Source: Longimicrobiales bacterium
Lineage (GTDB): Bacteria; Gemmatimonadota; Gemmatimonadetes; Longimicrobiales; Gaopeijiaceae
Direction: 5' to 3'
DNA length: 11,912 bases
Assembly: GCA_965197725.1 (NCBI GenBank)
Contig: CBDANQ010000018.1
Coordinates: 1 to 11,912, forward strand
The position numbers and the translations under genes were made by a program. Shown here one piece after another: positions 5,846 to 11,912 of this stretch; position 1 is the first letter of the stretch; every line of letters begins with the position of its first letter. Below the pieces are notes generated by a model. That model saw nothing but the letters and a program-made list of their open reading frames with translations. It did not search any database and was not told the DNA's origin.

Positions 5846-7561
5846 ATGAAGTCAAGGTGCGACGTGCTGGAAAGGGTGGCGAGGGCATCGTGCGTTATCA
5901 AGTTCTCTCGAGCACTTGTGCTGCTCGCTGTTTCCGCCGCGCCCGTTTCCGCCCAGGTGCCGCCCGACGAATCGTGGCGTACGCTCGAGACAGAGCATTT
6001 CCGGGTGACGTTCCCGGCCGAGCTGGAGACACTGGGGCGCCGAGCCGCCGGCGTCGCGGAGCACGCCTACGACGAGCTCTCCGCTGAGTTCATCGAGGCA
6101 CCGAGCGGGATGATCGACCTGCTGGTGACCGATCACATCGACGTCTCCGATGGGTCCGCTCGGTTGAACCCTTCGAACCGCATCACCGTTTTCGCCCGTC
6201 AGCCCATCGATGATCCCTCCCTCGCATATATCGACGACTGGATGGCCCTCCTCATCACGCATGAACTCGCACACTACTCCTCCGGCCCCACGCTCTGGCC
6301 CCGGTACTGGGAGCCGGTCCTGCGGGAGCCCGTGGACGCGCGTGCTCGCCAAGTCGGTGAGCACTTCATTCCGCAGCGACAGTTGTTGGGCTTCGGTGTC
6401 GGCGCGCGGACGACCGGTGTCGATCTCGTCGGCCGGCACCGCTATTCCGCCTTCGGGCGGGTCTTCACGTCCGGCGGGAAAGCCGAGGGGGGAGCGTCAT
6501 ACTCCTTCGCCGGCCTCGGTGATCCGGTCATCAGTCTGACGGCTCGTCAGTCGTGGGGGGACGACCCTTCGTTGATCGCGCAGCGCGATGCCGACTCGCC
6601 CATCGACAGGCTCTTCGTGCTGGAGCGGCGGCGCGATGTTTTGGCGTCTGCCTCCTTCAGTCGGCCGACTTGGCGAAGCTCGTTCCGTCTGACACTCTCC
6701 GGCGGATTGGTCTGGGAATACCGAGAACGGCTTGACGAAGCGCTCGAGCCATCGAGGCGCTATCGCCTCAACCGTCCGAGCACACGGTTGAGCGACTTCA
6801 GCGTTTCCGTGACGTATTCGACAGCTCGCGCCCATTCATTCCAGATGGGCGACGCCCGCGGCGCGACGCTATTCCTACGCGCACGCACGCTGAACGAACT
6901 GAACCTTCCTGACACCCTCGCGGGCGTGATCGGGGCCGACCGTTCCGTAGACGACGTGATCGGGCGCGCGCGGGTCTATGTGCCGGTCGCCGGTCCCGGA
7001 TACGCGTCGCACGTGTTCGCGCTCCAGGGCAGTTTCGGAGTAGCCCGTGGACCCAACGCGGTAGCCGGTCACTTCGAGGTCGGCGGTGCGTCCGGAACCT
7101 CTGAGAGCGTGTCGGGACTCGATCTCTTCGGCGGGGGCCCGATCTTTCTCCCGGTCCGGGGATACGACACGTTTTCGCGCCTCGGCCGTTACGCATGGGC
7201 GGCCTCAGTGGAGTATCGGATACCACTGGTGCTCGTGAATCGAGGCGTGGGGGCGTGGCCGCTCCACTTCGATCGCGTCTTCGCGTCGGTATTCGGGGAC
7301 GCCGGGAACGCTTGGGGCCCCGACAGCTCTCCCGGCGGCTTCAAGAACCCGGCACTACGCGCGTTGGCGTCCGTGGGCGCTGAGGTCACCGCGCAGGTGC
7401 TGACCTTCTACAAAGTCACGATGCGGTTTCGCACTGGCGTGGCAGTCCCTCTGGTCGAAGGCGACGGAGCGCGGGTATACCTACGCTTGGGCGTGCCCTT
7501 CTTAGGGGCTACCCTCGAGCCCTCGAAGCGTCCCGAATCCCTACTTGACCCCAAGATGTAG
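5846..7561 (+). CDS. Omp85/BamA-TamA-like outer-membrane beta-barrel protein with a truncated N-terminal HEXXH peptidase-like domain; probably degenerate (internal deletion, lost stop)
   Basis: Signal peptide (KFSRALVLLAVSAAPVSA/QVPP); WRTLETEHFRVTF...LITHELAH N-terminal module; Omp85 barrel motifs LPVRGY, ASVEYRIPL, VFGDAGNAW and ASVGAEV; beta-signal RVYLRLGVPF ending at 7501. The exact start is uncertain (ATG 5846 or GTG 5876). Confidence 0.78.
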   Translation: MKSRCDVLERVARASCVIKFSRALVLLAVSAAPVSAQVPPDESWRTLETEHFRVTFPAELETLGRRAAGVAEHAYDELSAEFIEAPSGMIDLLVTDHIDVSDGSARLNPSNRITVFARQPIDDPSLAYIDDWMALLITHELAHYSSGPTLWPRYWEPVLREPVDARARQVGEHFIPQRQLLGFGVGARTTGVDLVGRHRYSAFGRVFTSGGKAEGGASYSFAGLGDPVISLTARQSWGDDPSLIAQRDADSPIDRLFVLERRRDVLASASFSRPTWRSSFRLTLSGGLVWEYRERLDEALEPSRRYRLNRPSTRLSDFSVSVTYSTARAHSFQMGDARGATLFLRARTLNELNLPDTLAGVIGADRSVDDVIGRARVYVPVAGPGYASHVFALQGSFGVARGPNAVAGHFEVGGASGTSESVSGLDLFGGGPIFLPVRGYDTFSRLGRYAWAASVEYRIPLVLVNRGVGAWPLHFDRVFASVFGDAGNAWGPDSSPGGFKNPALRALASVGAEVTAQVLTFYKVTMRFRTGVAVPLVEGDGARVYLRLGVPFLGATLEPSKRPESLLDPKM

Positions 7562-7573
7562 TGTCCGTACTAT
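7545..7573 (+). promoter_or_regulatory. sigma70-type promoter of nrdJ
   Basis: TTGACC (7545-7550), 17-nt spacer, TACTAT (7568-7573). Near-consensus, in an AT-richer intergenic patch. Confidence 0.8.
7549..7564. promoter_or_regulatory. NrdR box 1
   Basis: CCCCAAGATGTAGTGT vs consensus acaCwAtATaTwGtgt: all core positions match. It overlaps the -35 element and spacer of the nrdJ promoter. Confidence 0.85.
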
Positions 7574-7579
7574 GGACGT

Positions 7580-7595
7580 GCTCGATATCTAGTAG
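7580..7595. promoter_or_regulatory. NrdR box 2
   Basis: GCTCGATATCTAGTAG vs acaCwAtATaTwGtgt. It starts 31 bp after box 1, the typical tandem NrdR-box spacing, and covers the predicted +1. Confidence 0.8.
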
Positions 7596-7624
7596 CGTCA
7601 TAGGGGTTTTACACATCAGCAGCC

Positions 7625-7652
7625 ACGGCGGGGGCGCTTTCCCGCCGTTTTT
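7625..7652 (+). terminator. Intrinsic terminator-like hairpin within the nrdJ leader
   Basis: Stem ACGGCGGG (7625-7632) / CCCGCCGT (7641-7648), extendable by G-U pairs, followed by TTTTCAACTCTTGTTT. Confidence 0.55.
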
Positions 7653-7709
7653 CAACTCTTGTTTCCACTGTTTTCCACCACGTAGTCCACAAGGAGTCTG
7701 GACGAGACC

Positions 7710-10256
7710 ATGCCGCGCGTTCACGAGCCCCGCCCCCCCTGTGAGTCCGTGATCTTCGACGATGTCTTTCCCGACGATCTGCCCGCTGCGGAGCTGACGG
7801 AAAACGCCCGCATCGTCCTCGCCCGCCGCTACCTGAAGAAGGATGCGGGAGGCGACCCCGATGAGGAGGCGGAGGTGATGTTCTGGCGTGTGGCCCGGAC
7901 CATCGCGGACGTCGACGTGGACTACGGAGCGTCGGAGGCCGGGGTGGATGAGGTCGCCCGCCAGTTCTACGACCTCATGACCAACGGCACGTTTGAGCCG
8001 AACTCTCCTACGCTCATGAACGCGGGCCGTCCCCTCGGCCAGCTCTCCGCGTGCTTCGTGCTTCCGGTCGAGGACGCGCTCTCGAATGGTCGCAGCGGTA
8101 TCTACGACACGCTCACCGCCATGGCGCTCGTGCACCAGTCGGGGGGTGGCACCGGATTTGGCTTTTCCCGCCTGCGTCCAGAGGGTGAGAGCGTCCGGTC
8201 GACGATGGGGGTCGCGTCCGGCCCCGTGTCGTTCATGAAGCTGTACGACGCGAGCACCGACGTCGTGAAGCAGGGTGGTACCCGTCGCGGGGCGAACATG
8301 GGCATCCTGCGCGTCGACCACCCCGACATCCGTGCGTTTATCAGGTGCAAAAACGACACTTCGCAGGTCACCAACTTCAACATTTCCGTGGCGATCACCG
8401 ACGTGTTCATGGATGCGGTGGGCAACGACGAGACGTACGATCTCGTGAGCCCGAAGAGTGGTGAAGTCGTCGGCCAGGAGCGCGCGAGCGAGATCTTCGA
8501 CATGATCGTCCACGGTGCCTGGCTCACCGGTGAGCCCGGTACCTTCTTCATCGATCGGGCGAACGAATACAACCCGGTTCCGGCGATCGGCAGCTACGAA
8601 GCGACGAACCCGTGTGGCGAGCAGCCGCTGCTCCCGTATGACGTCTGCAATCTCGGCAGCATCAACCTCGGCAAGTTCGTGAAGGAAGATGCGAGGCCGG
8701 GTGTCGATCCCGGTGAAGGCATCGACTGGGATGCATTCCGGACGGTGGTCCACCTCTCGACGCATTTCTTGGACAACGTCATCGACGCGAATTGCTACCC
8801 GCTGCCGGAGATCCACGACCTTGCACAGAACATCCGGCGGATCGGGCTTGGCGTGATGGGTTGGGCCGACATGTTGGTCCGCCTCGGCATCGCCTACGAC
8901 TCCGAGGACGGCGTGGCACTCGCTCGTCGCGTGATGGAGTTCTTGAACGAAGAGTCCCGGAAGGCCTCCGAGAAGCTCGCGGAGAAACGAGGCGTCTTCC
9001 CCGCATGGGAGCACTCGATCTGGGGCCCCGATCGTAAGGCTGCCACACGGCCTGACGGTACCAGGGTCCGTGCCATGCGCGAACTGCGGAACTGCAACCT
9101 GACGACGGTTGCACCGACTGGCACCATCTCGATCTTCGCGGGATGCTCCGGTGGTATCGAGCCGCTCTTCGCGGTCGCGTTCATGCGCAACCAGGCGGGC
9201 GTGCTCATGCCGGATGTGAATCCGGATTTCGTGCGCGTGGCCGAAGAGGGGGGCTGGTACTCCGAAGAGTTGATGGAGAAGATCGCCAACGAGGGTCACA
9301 TTCACTTCGAGGACGTCCCCCAAGAGGTGCAGCGGAGCTTCCGGACAGCCCACGACATCACTCCGGAATGGCACGTACGCATGCAGGCCGCCTTCCAGGA
9401 GCACACCGACTCGGCGATCTCCAAGACCACGAACTTCCCACGTGAGGCGACCGAAGAGCAGGTGCGCGAGATCTACGAGCTCGCGTTCAGCCTCGGCTGC
9501 AAGGGTGTGACGGTGTATCGCGACGGCTCGCGGGAGGGGCAGGTGCTCTCCACGGGGAAGACCGCGCAGGTTCCGAACAACGCGGAAGCTGCGGCGGGCA
9601 TCTCCGAGCTCGAGCACTCCCTCGCTGACGCCCGCGAGGAGGCGCACAACCTCCGAATCGAGACCGAGCGCCTGAAGCACGAGCTCCAAGACCAGGACCT
9701 CACGCGCGGCGCCGCGCGTCACAAGCGTCAACGGCCGCAGACGCTGCGCGGCTTCACGATGAAGATGAACTCGCCGCTCGGAGACCTGTACGTCACGATC
9801 AATGAGGATGAGACCGGCAGGCCGTTCGAGGTCTTCTGTACGTTGGGCAAGGCCGGCGGAGCCGCGAACGCGGACGCGGAGGCGATCGGCCGCCTCATGT
9901 CACTCGCCTTGCGGTCGGGCATCCCCATCACTCAGGTGAAGGATCAGTTGCTGGGCATCTCGTGCGACCGGGCCGTAGGTCTCGGACCGAACAAGGTCCG
10001 GTCCGTGCCTGACGCGATCGGTCAGGCGATCGAGCGCTATGTGGAGGAGAAGGAGGGCATACAGGAGGCGCTGCCGCTCACGACCGGCGCGATGCCCAGT
10101 ACGAGCGAGGCAGCGACGCAGACAAAGTCGTCGAGCTACGCCTCCGGCGGCCAGGCCTTCGACATGGGTACCTGTCCCGAGTGTGGCGCCGGGCACCTCG
10201 CCTTCGAGGAGGGGTGTAAGAAGTGCCACGTCTGCGGGTACGCCGAGTGCGGATGA
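7710..10256 (+). CDS. nrdJ: Class II (adenosylcobalamin-dependent) ribonucleotide reductase with C-terminal TSCPD domain and zinc ribbon, 848 aa
   Basis: PNSPTLMNAG, LSACFV, GGGTG, KQGGTRRGANM, TNPCGEQPL (N-C-E catalytic residues), CNLGSINL, RRIGLGVMG, TTVAPTGTIS and KGVTVYRDGSR. C-terminal GKAGG...SVPDAIG and CPECG...GCKKCHVCGYAECG. No ATP cone, no adjacent nrdB. AAGGAG at 7691-7696. Confidence 0.96.
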   Translation: MPRVHEPRPPCESVIFDDVFPDDLPAAELTENARIVLARRYLKKDAGGDPDEEAEVMFWRVARTIADVDVDYGASEAGVDEVARQFYDLMTNGTFEPNSPTLMNAGRPLGQLSACFVLPVEDALSNGRSGIYDTLTAMALVHQSGGGTGFGFSRLRPEGESVRSTMGVASGPVSFMKLYDASTDVVKQGGTRRGANMGILRVDHPDIRAFIRCKNDTSQVTNFNISVAITDVFMDAVGNDETYDLVSPKSGEVVGQERASEIFDMIVHGAWLTGEPGTFFIDRANEYNPVPAIGSYEATNPCGEQPLLPYDVCNLGSINLGKFVKEDARPGVDPGEGIDWDAFRTVVHLSTHFLDNVIDANCYPLPEIHDLAQNIRRIGLGVMGWADMLVRLGIAYDSEDGVALARRVMEFLNEESRKASEKLAEKRGVFPAWEHSIWGPDRKAATRPDGTRVRAMRELRNCNLTTVAPTGTISIFAGCSGGIEPLFAVAFMRNQAGVLMPDVNPDFVRVAEEGGWYSEELMEKIANEGHIHFEDVPQEVQRSFRTAHDITPEWHVRMQAAFQEHTDSAISKTTNFPREATEEQVREIYELAFSLGCKGVTVYRDGSREGQVLSTGKTAQVPNNAEAAAGISELEHSLADAREEAHNLRIETERLKHELQDQDLTRGAARHKRQRPQTLRGFTMKMNSPLGDLYVTINEDETGRPFEVFCTLGKAGGAANADAEAIGRLMSLALRSGIPITQVKDQLLGISCDRAVGLGPNKVRSVPDAIGQAIERYVEEKEGIQEALPLTTGAMPSTSEAATQTKSSSYASGGQAFDMGTCPECGAGHLAFEEGCKKCHVCGYAECG

Positions 10257-10370
10257 GCGGCTAACCTCGAACGCCATGGGGATGCGAAGGCGGGCGGTGT
10301 CGACGGCCTGCGAGCGTTCGGCCTGGTCGGGCAAGTCGTGACTGAGTTGGTTTAGGCGGGGGGTTGGCGG

Positions 10371-10483
10371 ATGAGCGAAACCACGACCGTTCGCGCCGCC
10401 GTCGTTCAGGCCGCCGCGACTGTGTGCGCCCCGACGTGTTCAGGCTGGAGGTCGACGAGTCTTCGCGGCCGCCGGTGCAGTGA
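10371..10483 (+). pseudogene. Nitrilase (carbon-nitrogen hydrolase) remnant: N- and C-terminal codons only
   Basis: ATG 10371 reads MSETTTVRAAVVQAAA (nitrilase beta-1 'vrAAvvQAap'). From 10418 in another frame it reads DCVRPDVFRLEVDESSRPPVQ* (TGA 10481-10483), matching the nitrilase C-terminal 'GHYaRPDVFrL.Vd' motif. Confidence 0.75.
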
Positions 10484-10551
10484 CGTGATGCGCGTGTCCG
10501 TCGACGCGAAGGTTGTGTAGCCGCACAGTTAATGCCACAGTGAGCACGACG

Positions 10552-11769
10552 ATGACTACAGCTACCGTGACGAAGACCGGCGCTTTCCTGAGCGAAGTCG
10601 ACGAGTTCAGCGCGCACAATTATCATCCTCTCCCGGTCGTCCTGGAGCGAGGGGAGGGGTCGTGGGTCTGGGATGTCGATGGCGATCGCTATCTGGACAT
10701 GCTCAGCGCATACTCTGCGCTCAACCAGGGCCACCGTCACCCGGACATCATAGCGGCTGCCACGAAACAGCTCGGCATGCTCACGCTCACGTCGCGAGCG
10801 TTCCACAATGACCTGATGGGTCCGTTCCTGAGGGCTCTGTGCGATGCCACGGGATTCGAAAAGGCGCTCCCCATGAACACGGGCGCCGAGGCCGTCGAGA
10901 CCGCGATCAAGATGGTCCGCAAGTGGGGCTACAAGGTGAGGGGTGTGCCCGAGGGCAAGGCCGAGATCATCGTCTGCGAGAACAACTTCCACGGGCGCAC
11001 GACGACCATCGTCGGCTTCTCGTCCGAGGCGCAGTACAAGGATGGCTTCGGGCCGTTCACACCGGGCTTCGTAGAGATCCCGTATAGCGATACCGACGCA
11101 CTCGCCGCCGCGATCAACGAGAACACCGTCGGCTTCCTAGTCGAGCCTCTACAGGGCGAGGGCGGAGTCGTCGTGCCGCCCGACGGGTTTCTCGCCAGGG
11201 CCCGCGAGCTGTGCACAGCGCACAACGTCGCGTTCATGGCGGACGAGATTCAGACCGGTCTCGGCAGGACCGGCCGCATGTTCTGCTGCGACTGGGAGGG
11301 CGTGCGCCCCGACGTGCTCATCGTCGGCAAGGCGCTCGGTGGAGGCGTGTATCCGGTTTCCGCCGCGATCGCCGACTCGGAGTTCATGGATGTCTACACC
11401 CCCGGCGATCACGGCTCCACGTTCGGCGGCAACCCGCTCGGCGCCGCTGTCGCCCTCGCGTCGCTCCAGGTGATCTTCGACGAGAAGCTCCCCCAGCGCG
11501 CGGATGAGCTCGGCAGTTGGTTCATGACTCAGCTGCGCGCGCTCGAATCTCCGCACGTGGAAGAGGTTCGCGGGAAGGGGCTGATGGTCGGTGTGGTGAT
11601 CAAGGAGTCGAGCGGCACCGCGCGCCCCTTCTGCGAGGCGCTGCACGCACGCGGTATCCTCGCAAAAGAGACGCACCATCAGGTGATCCGCTTCGCGCCC
11701 CCGCTGACGATCTCGAAGGGGGACCTCGAGTTCGCGCTCGAGCAAGCGCGCGAGGTGCTGACCCCGTAA
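10552..11769 (+). CDS. rocD: Ornithine--oxo-acid transaminase (class III PLP aminotransferase), about 405 aa
   Basis: AHNYHPLPVVLERGEG, LSAYSALNQGHRHP, LTLTSRAFHND, MNTGAEAVETAIK..RKWGY, FHGRT, DEIQTGLGRTG, GKALGGGVYPVSA (PLP lysine) and HGSTFGGNPL. Start is ATG 10552 or GTG 10540. Confidence 0.95.
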   Translation: MTTATVTKTGAFLSEVDEFSAHNYHPLPVVLERGEGSWVWDVDGDRYLDMLSAYSALNQGHRHPDIIAAATKQLGMLTLTSRAFHNDLMGPFLRALCDATGFEKALPMNTGAEAVETAIKMVRKWGYKVRGVPEGKAEIIVCENNFHGRTTTIVGFSSEAQYKDGFGPFTPGFVEIPYSDTDALAAAINENTVGFLVEPLQGEGGVVVPPDGFLARARELCTAHNVAFMADEIQTGLGRTGRMFCCDWEGVRPDVLIVGKALGGGVYPVSAAIADSEFMDVYTPGDHGSTFGGNPLGAAVALASLQVIFDEKLPQRADELGSWFMTQLRALESPHVEEVRGKGLMVGVVIKESSGTARPFCEALHARGILAKETHHQVIRFAPPLTISKGDLEFALEQAREVLTP

Positions 11770-11775
11770 GACACC

Positions 11776-11912
11776 TCACCACTCGATCGTGCCCTGCCTG
11801 CTCGTGTCGATGTCCTCGCCGTCTCCTTCACCCAACAGCACCTGCTCGATCTGCTCGTAAAGGAACTGACGCGCCTTACGGTCCCGCGGGTCGAGGCCGT
11901 AGTGATTGATCA
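11776..11912 (-). CDS. yggX: Fe(II)-trafficking / oxidative damage protection protein, YggX family (5'-partial)
   Basis: The minus strand from the window edge reads ..INHYGLDPRDRKARQFLYEQIEQVLLGEGDGEDIDTSRQGTIEW* (stop 11776-11778), resembling the YggX C-half 'LINE.RL...d...Rk.L.e.m..FL'. Not in the ORF track. Confidence 0.75.
   Translation of the reverse strand, partial: INHYGLDPRDRKARQFLYEQIEQVLLGEGDGEDIDTSRQGTIEW

Noticed and set aside
7580..7709. Cobalamin riboswitch ahead of the B12-dependent nrdJ
   Set aside because: No recognisable cobalamin-riboswitch core (GGGAA...GCCACUG / B12 box), and the region before the hairpin is too short.
7509..9731. 740-aa antisense ORF opposite nrdJ
   Set aside because: Typical stop-free antisense frame of a GC-rich, highly biased gene. 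No domain signal, and it runs over the nrdJ promoter.
7710..10256. Intein or intron in nrdJ
   Set aside because: All catalytic motifs are contiguous at normal spacing. No C...HN splice motifs or LAGLIDADG blocks.
10514..10527. TGTG-N6-CACA palindrome upstream of rocD as a CRP/FNR site
   Set aside because: Two bp shorter than TGTGA-N6-TCACA, and only 4-bp arms; could be chance.
1..11912. CRISPR array, tRNA, rRNA or long tandem repeats
   Set aside because: No regularly spaced direct repeats and no cloverleaf or rRNA signatures seen. The non-coding gaps are short and otherwise explained.

Overview
GC-rich bacterial DNA; gene content and protein style suggest Gemmatimonadota, which is inference only. 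The left ~2.5 kb is accessory: two orphan minus-strand genes (one runs off the window and is absent from the ORF track) and an apparently intact IS1182-like insertion sequence (962-2456) with imperfect terminal inverted repeats and CTAG flanks. The rest looks like core genome: murQ translationally coupled to a GT-C (ArnT/PMT-like) membrane glycosyltransferase, a convergent hypothetical membrane protein, an Omp85/BamA-like gene, class II ribonucleotide reductase nrdJ, rocD and the 3' end of a yggX-like gene. The nrdJ upstream region has a clear sigma70 promoter, tandem NrdR boxes, DnaA-box-like sites and a terminator-like hairpin inside its leader. The most striking unexplained signals are signs of gene erosion. 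The Omp85-like gene jumps from its HELAH zinc motif straight into the pre-barrel segment (large in-frame deletion) and has lost the stop after its C-terminal Phe. The nrdJ-rocD spacer hides a 113-bp nitrilase 'ghost' made only of the first and last codons of the gene. I see no CRISPR array, tRNA or rRNA, and no clear-cut novel multi-gene system.
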